Source of the DNA: Octopus sinensis
Taxonomy: Eukaryota
Length of the DNA stretch: 64,000 bases
Direction of reading: 5' to 3'
Assembly: GCF_006345805.1 (NCBI RefSeq)
Contig: NC_043019.1
Location: 27,031,360 to 27,095,359 of the forward strand
The notes under the pieces are model-generated. The model saw nothing but the letters and a program-made list of their open reading frames with translations. It did not search any database and was not told the DNA's origin. Both the position numbers and the translations under genes were made by a program. Position 1 is the first letter of the stretch; the number at the start of each line of letters is the position of its first letter. Shown here piece after piece: positions 51,219 through 63,803 of the stretch.

Positions 51219-52069
51219 TCCTGTCGCTAGAAGATCGTAGGGGTTTGCTTCCCCGCCCGTTTACCAGCTGGAGTTAAAAAATCTTAGTAACGTCCGTTCT
51301 TACGGAACAGCCACGTTAAAGAATTATATAATTATTAAAGACTATACAAGAATTATGATATTGTGATGGAAAGCAAAGGAAGTCTTCATGTACTTGTGTC
51401 TTAGCATTTTTGAGAAAATTTTCCGTGAGAAATATTTTTGGTAATAAAAATTATGATCAAAAGGAGAGTATCTTCTGAAAATATCAAGGCAATTACCAGA
51501 CTTATAATCAACTTTAGCATTTCTGAGATGTTTTAAAATTAAGAAAATTTATTAATTATAACTAAGCTTAAAGGTGACTAAGAGCAAGAAGTAAAGAGAG
51601 GCGAAAGGAAGAAAGAACGAAAGAAGAATTTAAGAAAGAAAAAAAATCAAGAAAAACAAGCAAAGAAAGAAAATTTTTAAACAAACGTTCGGTGGATAAT
51701 TTTTTCTTGGGATTCACTCCATAAAAATAGGCAAAAACATTATCGGATTTAATATGGGTATCTCCAATGCCGAAGGCTAAATTTCCTCTTGTTCATACAG
51801 ATTTTGAAATGCTCTGATTTAGTGTTTAAATATACTTCTGACAAACTAGAATTCTTGGAGATCAGACACTTCTCTGCGGTGCAGAGACTACATTCCCTGC
51901 TAGCGTTCAGTTAGGGCTTACAGTTTTCGACAACTTTTCAAATGAGATCGAAAGTCGCCGCTTTTTGTTTTTAGGACCCGAAAATAGTTCGAATGTTCCA
52001 TTATGCATTTTCTGAAGGAAGAAATAGGGATAATAATTTTTTTTTTCTTCAAGACCCTTTTGCTATATA

Positions 52070-52286
52070 CGAGAAGGTACTGAAAAGTTCCTGGCTTTGG
52101 GTAAAAGGAAGTATAAAAGGATGAATTGATTATGATTTTATTGATCATATTCACCTCTCAGATTCACGCACTTATTGCAGTGGTCCTTCAGTTTTTCTAA
52201 GCCCTGTGAAAGAACTGGGAAGATTGGGCATCCAACCAGGCCCTTCGCGATACCCGTAAAGCTAAGAACTTTTCAGCATCCCGTCG
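52070..52286 (-). mobile_element. mariner-derived MITE
   Basis: TA|CGAGAAGGTACTGAAAAGTTCCTGGCTTT ... AAAGCTAAGAACTTTTCAGCATCCCGTCG|TA; the minus strand encodes GLEKLKDHCNKCVNLRGEYDQ*. Confidence 0.85.
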
Positions 52287-52913
52287 TAGATGTAACACTT
52301 TAGGTTGCTGCCATCGTTCATGTACTTAGATTTAACCTCTGCCTCACCGATGATGGTGAGTAAGTATATGACAAAAGTCCTTGATGAGTATCAAACAATC
52401 AGTTGTACTTATGAGATATGCTCTATTTAATATCGGTTGTACTGCTGAAATTGACCCTAAGTAGATGAGTATTTATTAAAACTATTTTGTATCTATGACT
52501 GTGGAGGAAATGCCTATCAGCATATCTAAGGAAGCCTTCACTTATATAAAACTTAGTTAACGGAAAGCCCTACCTATGTCTCTCTTTACGTTCTTCCGTT
52601 TTTCTCTCTCCTCCCTTTTATCTTTCAGCTCTTATTCTATATTTTTTTCTGACTTCCTACTCTGAGCCACTTCTCGTTTTAATGATAATTGTTTGCGTAA
52701 GTCATAGTCTAAGAGATACTAAGGCTGAGATGATAATGTTTTTGCTATTTTTCTGAAGATATTAACCCTCTAATCATTAATTTAATGACTAAAATATATT
52801 TCAAGAAATTTGTTTTTCTCGCATGCTCTTAACAGTTGTAAATTGCTTACTATTTTGTTGATAAAAGTGTTACTGGATGACTTCACAGATTACGCGGTGG
52901 ATCAACCAAAGAT

Positions 52914-53226
52914 GGCTTTCCGTCGGTTGCGACGACGAGGGCTTCCGGTTAATTCGTTCAACGGAAAAGCTTGCTCATGAAATTAACGTGCAAATGGGTG
53001 AAAATGTCACAGACACGCGTAGCCTTAACATAGTTCTCGGGGATATTCAGCGTGTGACAAGGCCGGCCCCTTTTGAATTACAGATACGACTCATTTTTGT
53101 CAGCTGAGTGGACTGGAGCAACGTAAAATAAAGGATTTTGCTCAAGGAAACAAATCGCCGCCGGGAATTGAACTCACGACCTTACGATCGCGATCCAAAT
53201 ATCCTAACCACCAAACCAAGCACCTT
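52914..53226 (-). mobile_element. SINE family C, tail variant 2
   Basis: tRNA head, CORE-like segment and the tail ending CCGTCGGTTGCGACGAC. Confidence 0.8.
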
Positions 53227-53238
53227 CATGTAGGTATG

Positions 53239-53305
<67 letters not shown>

Positions 53306-53375
53306 GATAGATAGATAGATATGTGTGTGTGTGTGTATTTATATATATGTATACACACAGAGATCGATAAACTAA

Positions 53376-53701
53376 GTGGCTCTCCATCGGTTACGACGAT
53401 GGGTGTTCCAGTTGATCCGATCAGTGGAACAACCTGCTCGTGAGATTAACGGCTAAGTGGCTGGGTATTCCCCAGACACGCGTATCCATAACATAGTTCT
53501 CAGAGAGATTCAGCGTGACACAAAATGTGACAAGCTTGGCTCTGTTGAATTACAGCTACTACTCACTTTTTTTCTCCAGCTGAGTAGACTGGAATAACGT
53601 GAAATAAAGTGCTTTGCGCAAGGACACAACACGCTGCCGTGGATTGAACTCACAACCTTACGATTGTGAGCCGAATGCCCTAACCACTAAGCCACGCGCC
53701 T
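53376..53701 (-). mobile_element. SINE family C, tail variant 2 (second copy)
   Basis: Homologous to 52914-53226; head CCCTAACCACTAAGCCACGCGCC. Confidence 0.8.
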
Positions 53702-54229
53702 GCACAACATGAAGATAGAAGACCAAACGAATGACTTTTTCAGATTTTGAGTGGCCTTGATGAGTGCATCTTGTGATTATTGCAACATAAACACATACAT
53801 ACACGCACCCCCACACATATCTAAAATAAGTTCTAAATTGATGATTATATCAATTGGCACATAAAAAAATAGTGGTAATTGTTAAAACTATGCATTATAC
53901 ACAAATATTTATATAACTATCTGAACAATATTTCAAAGGGAAATTTTTATTTTATACGTTATTTCTTGCTGAATACCAAACACCCTAAACTAATTTGCAC
54001 TCACTATTTGCACAAATTATTGTTTTTAATTACAGGTAAATAAATAGATACGAGCAGACACGTTGTTCGATAAACAGAAAGTCGGAAACACATAACGGGA
54101 CAATAGAAAAAAATGCTATATGAACGACGCTCAAATTTTGATTGAGGTACAAGGAATAAGTTTCTTGTTCTTTTCATGATACTCAAAAAGACATACACAA
54201 GTATATCTTTGTCATTCTTTCGCTACATT

Positions 54230-54291
<62 letters not shown>

Positions 54292-54406
54292 GTGTGCATT
54301 GTAGTATATATATCATGTGCCTATGTATAAACATACATGTATGTGTGTATATTTGCGAAGAAAAGGACTGACTGCATCGACATGAAGATGGGAAAAATTT
54401 GGCACA

Positions 54407-54408
<2 letters not shown>

Positions 54409-54468
<60 letters not shown>

Positions 54469-54641
54469 TAATGATGATGATGATGATGATAATAATAATA
54501 ATAATAATAGTAGTAGTATTAGTAATAGTAGTAGTAGTAATAAAATAATAATAATAATAATAATAATGATAATAATAATAATGATAATAATAATAATAAT
54601 AACAATAAATGATAATAATGATGATGATGACGATGATAATG

Positions 54642-54673
<32 letters not shown>

Positions 54674-54829
54674 GATGATAATAATAATAATAATAGTAGT
54701 AGTATTAGTAATAGTAGTAGTAGTAATAAAATAATAATAATAATAATAATAATGATAATAATAATATTGATAATAATAATAATAATAACAATAAATGATA
54801 ATAATGATGATGTGATGACGATGATAATG

Positions 54830-54861
<32 letters not shown>

Positions 54862-54912
54862 GATGATAATAATATATAATAGTGTAGTATTAAATAGTAG
54901 TAGTAGTAGAAA

Positions 54913-54955
<43 letters not shown>

Positions 54956-55046
54956 TAATAAATAATAATAATATAATAATAATAACAATAATAATATAAT
55001 GATGTTGATAATAAATAATATAATGATATAATAATAATAAATGATA

Positions 55047-55099
<53 letters not shown>

Positions 55100-55102
55100 A
55101 AT
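54409..55102. repeat. Compound (TAA/TGA/TAG)n satellite with a higher-order period of about 186 bp
   Basis: The AGTAGTAGTATTAGTAATAGTAGTAG block recurs at about 54509, 54695 and (degenerate) 54881. Confidence 0.8.
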
Positions 55103-55436
55103 AAATGCTAAAATCGAAAATGTTTTAAATATTTTAGGGAAATTCTTTGAAGTGAAAGCTCAAGTAAGATTGATTGTTGGTGAGAACAAATGGAAATGGT
55201 GTGAAAATGGTGAGAAGAAATGGTTGGGTGAGAGAGAGACAAGGAGACAGTGTGCAGGGTTTACAGGAAACAGTAGCTCAAACCACAATGAATACATTAT
55301 ATATATGTGTGTGTGTGCGTATGCATGCATGCATGCATGTATGTATGTATGTATGTATGTATGTATGTATGTATGTATGTATGTATGTATGTATGCATAT
55401 GTGTATACATTCTTACATGTGTGCGTGGGTTTGTAC

Positions 55437-55484
<48 letters not shown>

Positions 55485-55497
55485 ATGTATGCATACA

Positions 55498-55597
55498 NNN
55501 NNNNNNNNNNNNNNNNNNNNNNNNNNNNNNNNNNNNNNNNNNNNNNNNNNNNNNNNNNNNNNNNNNNNNNNNNNNNNNNNNNNNNNNNNNNNNNNNN
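55498..55597. other. Assembly gap (100 N)
   Basis: Run of 100 N. Confidence 1.
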
Positions 55598-55662
55598 ATA
55601 TATATAGAGAGAGAGAGAGAGAGAAGAGAGAGGAGAGATTTAAGTGTATATGTATATTTACA

Positions 55663-55895
55663 TACATTATTTACATTATTTACATTTGACAGACATTTGT
55701 CCTCATCTTATTTGGTTGTTAACACAACGTTTCGGCTAATATACCTTCCAGCCTTCATCAGGTGTCTTGGAGAAGGCTGGAGGGTATATCAGCCGAAACG
55801 CTGTGTTAACAACAAGATGAGGACAAATGTCCGTCAAATGTAAATAATGTAAATAATGTACATAATTCCTCATCTCTTAATTATAGAACTGTAGT
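55663..55895. mobile_element. Inverted (palindromic) pair of Penelope pLTR fragments
   Basis: 55663-55756 is the reverse complement of 55772-55860; the sequence matches the pLTR at 43445-43563 and 63420-63510. Confidence 0.85.
55721..55766 (-). ncRNA. Minimal type I hammerhead ribozyme with an intact core (PLE-type, dimer-dependent stem III)
   Basis: Minus strand GACAC-CTGATGA-A-GGCTG-gaaggtatat-TAGCC-GAAAC-GTT-GTGTT. Stem I GACAC/GTGTT; palindromic AACGTT in place of a stem III hairpin. Confidence 0.75.
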
Positions 55896-56020
55896 ATATT
55901 TGCATGTATGTGTGCATGTATGTATTGCTGTATGAATATATACATATGTATGTATTAATGTATGAATATGTATATAGATGTATATATTTATGTGTGTGTG
56001 TGTGTGTTGTGTGTGTGTGT

Positions 56021-56918
56021 GGTCTGATCAATAAGTATCCGAACTGTTGCCATGGTAACGAAGTTAAAGCATGTAGTGTAAAGCCGCTTGGCACATATTG
56101 ACCTTGAACCCTGTTGTGTATGTGCACAAAGTTTTAAATTACTAGCTCACTTCCGCTGTTTACAGTAGTGCTTGCAAGGAACGTGTGTAGCGTGTGATCG
56201 TCGCATTGGCCATGGCAGAGAGTGTTGAGGAGAGAGTCTGCATCAAATGTTGCTAAAAGCTTGGCGATACCTGCTCAGAGCCCTACGCAAAGTTTCCGAA
56301 ACGTGTTCCTTGTTCTCGATCCAATCAAGGAGATCTTATGTAACTGAAACCCCGAGTGTCCTTTTGGTCAACTGAAAGCAATTTTGGCACAATCTTGGCA
56401 GACATGCATCTCATACCCAAATCTTCTGTGATAATGGACTGAACTGAACCATAATTAATCTGTACATCCTCTGATAACTAAGGGGTGGCGATTCGACGGC
56501 CTCACCTCAAAGCTACGCGTTTTCACCTCAAAGCTGCGATGTTTTTTTCAGTTCTGCCAGCTGTGGGTCTCCCAGAAAGTTCGTCAATATCGACATTTTT
56601 CGACCATTTTGGAAACGTCTAGGCCACTCGTACATTTGAGTGCGGCTCATATGCTCCTCTCCATGCACTTTCTGCGACCTGCGTTGGCCTCTGAGCAGGT
56701 ATCGCCAAGACAACTTTCTCTGTCATTGTCAATGCGACGATCACACGCTACACGCGTTCCTTCCAAGCACTGCTGTAAATAGCGGAAGTGAGCTAAAACG
56801 CTAAAGCTTAGTGTACATGCACAGCAGGGTTCCAGGTCAATCTTTGCCAAGCGGCTTTACTCTGCATGCTTTAGCTTCGTTACTATTGCAACAGTCCGGA
56901 TACTTATTGATCAGACCG
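56021..56918. mobile_element. mariner-derived element built from two inward-facing 5' ends (inverted repeat of about 270 bp)
   Basis: GGTCTGATCAATAAGTATCCG at the left end and its reverse complement at the right end. Transposase N-terminal remnants on both strands: MAESVEERVCIK on plus, VHGEEHMSRTQMYEWPRRFQNGR on minus. Confidence 0.85.
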
Positions 56919-57541
56919 CCTATATATAAGTGTGTGTGTGTGTGTGAATATGTGTGTGTGTGGTGTGTGTGTGTGTGCGTGCGTGTATGTGTGTGTACAT
57001 GCGTGTGTACATGATTGTTATACGCGTGTGTGTCTGTATGCAACGAAGCCACCTCAAAACAAGTGAAACGAGAAAGACACCAAGAATGTGTTTTGCTCAA
57101 AGTCATTGCTTTATAGAAATGAAAGACTTGACAGAGTGATACGGGAAGTAATAATGTTGTTGTAGTTGTTGTTGTACGTGGTGGTGGTGGTGGGCTGAGG
57201 AAAGACCGAGAAATGGGTGGGGGGTACCAATGAATGTTTCAAGAACTGATGTCACTTGTAGTCTAAACCATCTACAGCAGGTTTCAAGAAAACGTTGTCA
57301 GAATTTTCGGTATAGAAAGGTTTTGTTACATTAGTAGTAGCAGCAGTAGCAGCAGCAGTAATAGTAGTAGTAGCAGCAGTAGTAGTAATGATGGTGCTGG
57401 TGGTAGTGTTGGTGGTGATGGTGGTGGTGGGGCTGTCGTCGTCGTTGTTGTGATGGTAGTAGAAGTAGTTCTATTTTAAGCTTCAACTAACATAATTCTC
57501 ATTTAGAGCTAGCGGAAGCAGAAACCTGAAGATGGTGTCTG

Positions 57542-57621
<80 letters not shown>

Positions 57622-57699
57622 ATGTATGTATGTATGTATGTATGTATGTATATGGGTGGTGGTATGTATATATATTATATATATATATATGTATGTATG

Positions 57700-57743
<44 letters not shown>

Positions 57744-58300
57744 TACATAGATACATACATACATACATACATACATACATACATACATACATACATACAT
57801 ACATACATAGATACATACATACATACATATATATATATATATGAATGTATGTATGTATGTATGTATGTATGTATATATGCATGCATGTATGTATGTATGT
57901 ATTTGCATTAGCTATTAACCACAAAAGCCGTCTTTGTAACGAATATAAATCCTATCTTAGTTGAATGTTGTGGTTTACCACGCCGTCGGCTTCGGCGAAC
58001 GTCTCGAAAAATCATTTTGTGTTGACGACTAATAACAAAAATGCATCGAAATTCAATATGGATTGGTTAAATTATAGCAACACCGGGTGATGACTCTACT
58101 GTCTCATCGTTTCACCGTATCGCAGATCCGCAGCAGCAGCAGAAAGAAGAGCACTGGATGCCACACAGGAAAATCAGTTACACTAAACCTGCGACTATCG
58201 CGGGTGTTACGTTCCGAAATCCCTCGCAATAGGTGAAAATCCGCGAAGTAGAAACAGTACTGTACCGTATATGTCTTCTTATTTTTTTTTATGATTCGTG

Positions 58301-58516
58301 TCTCTTTTACTCTTTTACTCTTTTACTTGTTTCAGTCATTAGACTGTGGCCATGCTGGAGCACCGACTTTAGTCGAGCAAATCGACCCCAGGACTTATTC
58401 TTTGTAAGCCTAGTACTTATTCTATCGGTCTCTTTTGCCGAACCGCTAAGTTACGGTGACGTGAACACACCAGCATCGGTTGTCAAGTGATGCTGGGGTG
58501 ACAAACACAGACACAG

Positions 58517-58549
<33 letters not shown>

Positions 58550-58722
58550 CATATATACGACGGGCTTCTTTCAGTTTCCGTCTACCAAATCCACTCACAA
58601 GGCTTTGGTCGGCCCGAGGCTATAGTAGAAGACACTTGCCCAAGGTGCCATGCTATGGGACTGAATCCGGAACCATGTGGTTGGTAAACAAGCTAATTAC
58701 CACAATGCCACTCCTACGCCTA
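58301..58722 (-). mobile_element. Full-length SINE family A
   Basis: (CTCTTTTA)n tail through to the CCACTCCTACGCC head. Confidence 0.88.
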
Positions 58723-59110
58723 TACGTCTATCTATTTTGTTATAAATGCAAAACAACACCACGGATGAATCGACGTAAACTTAAATATAATAAACCGCGA
58801 TAGTGAGCCGTGATATCGCGACGGATCATTGTACACCTGTGCAGAATAATACAGGCCAAATGGCCAGTGATGTCGAGAGAAGCTTGTGGGCTGTGTATCC
58901 CTCGGAACTGAGGACGAAACTTGGTCTACTGCTTTTACAGCATTTTCTGTCTGCGCGAAATGATTTTACGAGACGTTCACGGCAATCTATCCTATGTTAG
59001 TTGGATCTGCTAATTAATATATATATATATTATTATTATTATTACTTTTATTATATGGTTGAACGGCACGCATCAATTTCCAAGTAAGTTTATCTTATAT
59101 ATATATATAT

Positions 59111-59327
59111 ACTCTTCTACTTGTTGCAGTCATTTGTCTGCGGCCATGCTGGAGCACTGCCTTTAGTCGAACAAATCGACCCCAGGACTAATTCTTTGTA
59201 TGACTACTACTTATTCTATCGGTCACTTTTACCGAACTGCTAATGTTACGGTGACGTAAACACACCAGCATCGGTTGTCAAGCGATGTTGGGAGACAAAC
59301 ACAGACACACACACATACACACACATA

Positions 59328-59371
<44 letters not shown>

Positions 59372-59546
59372 TTTATATGTACATATATACGACGGGTTTC
59401 TTTCAGTTTCCGTTTACTAAATCCACTCACAAGGCTTTGGTCGACCCGAGGCTATCGTAGAAGACACTTGTCCACGGTGCCACGCAGTAAGACTGAACCC
59501 GGAACCATGTGGCTGGTAAGCAAGCTACTTACAACACAGCCACTCC
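59111..59546 (-). mobile_element. Full-length SINE family A
   Basis: Same organisation as 58301-58722. Confidence 0.88.
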
Positions 59547-59633
59547 TCCATCTGCCAAATCTCCTCACACGGTCTTTGTTGGACTGGGCCTATGGCAGAA
59601 TACACTTACCCAATATCTTTCCTATTTAATATA

Positions 59634-60251
59634 TATTTCTTTACTGCCCACAAAGGGCTAAACATAGAGGGGACAAACAAGGACAAAGGGATTAAGTCGA
59701 TTACATCGACCCCAGTGCGAAACTGGTACTTTATTTATCGACCCCGAAAGGATGAAAGGCAAAGTCGACCTCGGCGGAATTTGAACTCAGAACGTAACGA
59801 CAGACGAAATACCTATTTCTTTATTACCCACAAGGGGCTAAACATAGAGGGGACAAACAGGGACAGACATAGGTATTAAGTCGATTACATCGACCCCCAG
59901 TGCGTTACTGGTGCTTAATTTATCGACCCCGAAAGGATGAAAGGCAAAGTTGACCTCGGCGGAATTTGAACTCAGAACGTAACTACAGACGAAATACCTA
60001 TTTCTTTATTACCCACAAGGGGCTAAACATAGAGGGGACAAACAAGGACAGACAAAGGGATTAAGTCGATTACATCGACCCCAGAGCGAAACTGGTACTT
60101 TATTTATCGACCCCGAAAGGATGAAAGGCAAAGTCGACCTCGGCGGAATTTGAACTCCGAACGTAACGGCAGACGAAATACCACTAAGCATTTCGCCCGG
60201 CGCGTTAACGTGTCAGCCAGCTCGCCGCCTTTGTCTGCCAGCTCGCCGCCT
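59634..60251 (-). mobile_element. SINE family B trimer (one head, three body units of 180-185 bp)
   Basis: Units at 59634-59813, 59814-59998 and 59999-60182, then the head, whose last about 20 bp are duplicated. Confidence 0.9.
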
Positions 60252-60271
60252 ACAGAGTGACAGACACGCAG

Positions 60272-60310
<39 letters not shown>

Positions 60311-60959
60311 TCCACACATCCAATGCGAGATGAAGAGAAGTAAAAAAATGCCAATGAGTTTATGTATTAAAATATTTTTTCTAATATCTTGTACTCAGCA
60401 GATTTTTCTTGTCTTTCTCCAAACTTCATTTCCGTTCGAAAAGAGGGAGAAAAAAAAAAAAAAGCCATCTGTCTCTTTTACATTCTCATTCAAACTCCTT
60501 CGGCATCTTCACGTTTCTTTCCATTTTTTTTTCTTTCTCTTTACATAGTTAATCATTTGTTACATTTACTTGTCTGTTATAGCACATTCTCCCACCGCTC
60601 ACTTCATATCTTTAAAAACATGAAGCAAAACAGAGGGTGCCTTTATTAGCCCTTTGCGTCCACACAGACACACTCATTGAATTAAATCAGCAATTCTCAC
60701 ACTGACAAGTACCCACCCCTCTATCAAACGCACAAATTATTACACCCCATGTGATTTTTTAAAAATAAGAAAGTAAAATGGTGTTTAACCACGTGCTGTA
60801 CCCTGGTGGTCAAACTAATGTAAGGGAGACAATTCTTCTAGAGTAAATTAATTTGATGCTAATTTCAAAGTTAGGAATTTAAAGTAAAGTGTAAAGGAGC
60901 TGTAGAGAGCCTACAAATTTATAGCTTGCACTCCGTCGGTCACGACCACGAGAGTTCCT

Positions 60960-61546
60960 TATTTCTTTATTGCCCACAAGGGTCTAAACATAGAGGGGAC
61001 AAGCAAGGACAGACAAAGGGATTAAGTCGATTACATCGACTCCAGTGCATAACTGGTACTTTATTTATCGACCTCGAAAGAATGAAAGCAAAGTCGACCT
61101 CGGCGGAATTTGAACCCAGAACGTAACAGCAGACGAAATGCCTATTTCTTTATTACCCACAAGGGGCTAAACACAGAGGGGAAAACAAGGACAGACAAAC
61201 GGATTATGTCGATTACATCGACCCCAGTGCGCAACTGGTACTTATTTAATCGACCTCGAAAGTATGAAAGGCAAAGTTGACCTCGGCGGAATTTGAACTC
61301 AGAACGAAATACCTGTTTCTTTACTACCCACAAGGGGCAAAGCACAGAGAGCACAAACAAAGACAGACAAACGGATTAAGTCGATTACATCGACCCCAGT
61401 GCGTAACTGGTACTTATTTAATCGACCCCGAAAGTATGAAAGGCAAAGTCGACCTCGGCGGAATTTGAACTCAGAACGTAGCGGCAGACAAAATACCGCT
61501 AAGCATTTCGTCCGGCGTGCTAACGATTCTGCCAGCTCACCGCCTT
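60960..61546 (-). mobile_element. Second SINE family B trimer
   Basis: Units at 60960-61142, 61143-61313 and 61314 to about 61497, then the head. Confidence 0.9.
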
Positions 61547-61764
61547 AGCTATATTATTTTCTACTCTAGGTACAAGGCCCGACTTGCCCTTTCCTCCCAA
61601 ATTTTGAGTCTTGTGCCTAGAGTAGAAAAGAATATTTTTTCGGCTTTAATAAAATAGTAGTTTTCTCTACAATTTAGTTGAGTGTAATTTTTGCCACCTT
61701 GTTTTGCTTACTTGAGTGTTTATACATACAATTATGTGTGTGTGTGTGTGTGTGTGTGTGTATA

Positions 61765-61925
61765 CGAGGCAGTGCTGAAAGATTCGTGGCTTCAAGGGTG
61801 TCGCGCAAAGCCAGGCTGAAGGACCAACCTTCCGAGTTCTTTTATAGGGCTTAGAAAAACTGAAGAACCGCTGCAATAAGTGTGTGAATCTGAGATGGAA
61901 ATATAAAGAATAAAATCATGATTAA
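61765..61925 (+). mobile_element. Truncated copy of the mariner-derived MITE seen at 52070-52286
   Basis: TA|CGAGGCAGTGCTGAAAGATTC...; encodes GLEKLKNRCNKCVNLR. Confidence 0.75.
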
Positions 61926-62400
61926 CTACCACCACCATCACCACTACCACCACAAGAACAGCCGCAACCTTTAATATTTGAGATATTATCATTAAAACCA
62001 ACATTGTAACGAAGAGTAAATGTCTTATATAATAAGTACCGCGACAACCACGACCACCACGACGGCCACCACCAATACCACCACCTAATACTATAACCAC
62101 GTTTAATATCACCAAAACCGCCACGTCCATCTCCACCTTCACTATCACTATTACTACTGCCACTACCATCCGCACCACTACCACTACTACCACCACCACT
62201 ACCATCACTACAACCATGGCCATCGCAATCACCACCACTACACCACCACCATTGCTGTTACTACTACTACTGCTATCATCACCATAACCACCACCACCAC
62301 CATCACCGCCACCACTTCGGTCACACCCACCACCACCAACAACAACAACAACAACTTCACTACTACTACTACTACTACCACCACCACCACCACCACCACC

Positions 62401-62431
<31 letters not shown>

Positions 62432-62680
62432 TCATCACCACTACCATTACCACTACTACCACCACCATCACCACCATCAGCATCACTAACATCATCACTA
62501 CCACCACCGTCATCATCACCATCACCACCACTATCATTTACTACCACCATCATCACCACCACTACTACACAACCAATACCGCCTCCGCTACCACTTCAAC
62601 ACCTCCACCACCGCTTTCATTATCGCTGTTACTACAGTTTCCACCATTTCTACTACGACCACCACCATGACCACCACCGC
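61925..62680. repeat. Degenerate (CCA/CTA/CAA)n trinucleotide block
   Basis: Direct inspection. Confidence 0.85.
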
Positions 62681-63004
62681 AGGCGCCAAACACTCAAATC
62701 CATGAATCACTAAAAACAAAACCCATGTTCTTTAATACCATCTGTTTGGTTTGGCCGGCCGACAACAACAGCAACAACAACAGGAACTCTTGTTAAATAC
62801 CTTATCTATTTATTGTTTGTTCCGATAATTTCCTGCAGGTTAATTAGTACAAAATGAAAGCAGGACTTGATGTATTGATACATTCATGCACGTAATCACC
62901 CACATATGCGTACACATTGACACACATAAACACACATAATCATACATAAACATACATACACAAACCGACACACACGCACACAAACACGTACACACACACA
63001 CAAC

Positions 63005-63058
<54 letters not shown>

Positions 63059-63339
63059 ACACACACATCAAAACAAGAGACAGGAAAGAAATTTTCCTAT
63101 TATTTGAATAATGCTAAATTTTTTGCAATGTCCTATATACACACACATACACACACGAAATTTTAAAGTCCAAACCGGCCGTTTTCGAGCCAATTCTATC
63201 TCAAACCAGAACCCCACCAACCGTCTCTCCGAATGGAACACGTTGGATGATATATTCCTTGCCACAAGGCGGCGAGTTGGCAGAAACGTGAGCAGGCTGG
63301 GTGAAATGCCCACGCTCTAAACCACTACGCCATATGCCC

Positions 63340-63510
63340 ACGGGCATATGGCTCAGTGGTTAAGAGCGCGGTGCTGGTGAGCGAAAAATACCTTAGGAAC
63401 GAGAACCCAGGTTCGAAATTTCCCCCATGACACCTAATGAAGGCTGGAGGGTATATCAGCCGAAACGTTGTGTTAACAACAAACAAGATGAGGACAAATA
63501 TCCGTCAGCT
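63340..63510 (+). mobile_element. Solo Penelope pLTR-type fragment with a tRNA-like start and a mutated hammerhead (63429-63474)
   Basis: GGGCATATGGCTCAGTGGTTAAGAGCGCGG ... GACAC-CTAATGA-A-GGCTG..CAGCC-GAAAC-GTT-GTGTT; the core has G5->A. Confidence 0.75.
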
Positions 63511-63602
63511 GGACTGAACCCGGAACGACGTGATTGCGAAGCAAACTCCTTACCACACAGCCACGCCTACGCTTATACATTAACATATACCAGATTCTAT
63601 AC

Positions 63603-63803
63603 CAGTGCTTTTCAAGCTTTTTGCTGGAGCGGAACCCCAAGGAAACATTCCACTGGCTCGAGGAACCCCTGTGCAATAATTTAATAGTCTTATGCACACA
63701 TATCTGCACAGGAGAATTAAAAATTACTGCCGATTTTAGCAGTTTTGTAACTTCTTGCGGAACCCCTGGACTGTACTGGCGGAACCCTGGTTGAAAACCA
63801 CTG
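63603..63803. mobile_element. hAT MITE with a perfect 8-bp TSD
   Basis: CAGTGCTTTTCAA / TTGAAAACCACTG, with TSD TTCTATAC at 63595-63602 and 63804-63811. Confidence 0.9.

Noticed and set aside
58908-58920. CTGAGGACGAAAC hammerhead-like core
   Set aside because: Only one base lies between the core halves, so there is no stem II, and no supporting stem I.
59634-61546. Regularly spaced repeats resembling a CRISPR array
   Set aside because: The units are about 180-bp SINE bodies with no unique spacers, in a eukaryotic context with no cas genes.
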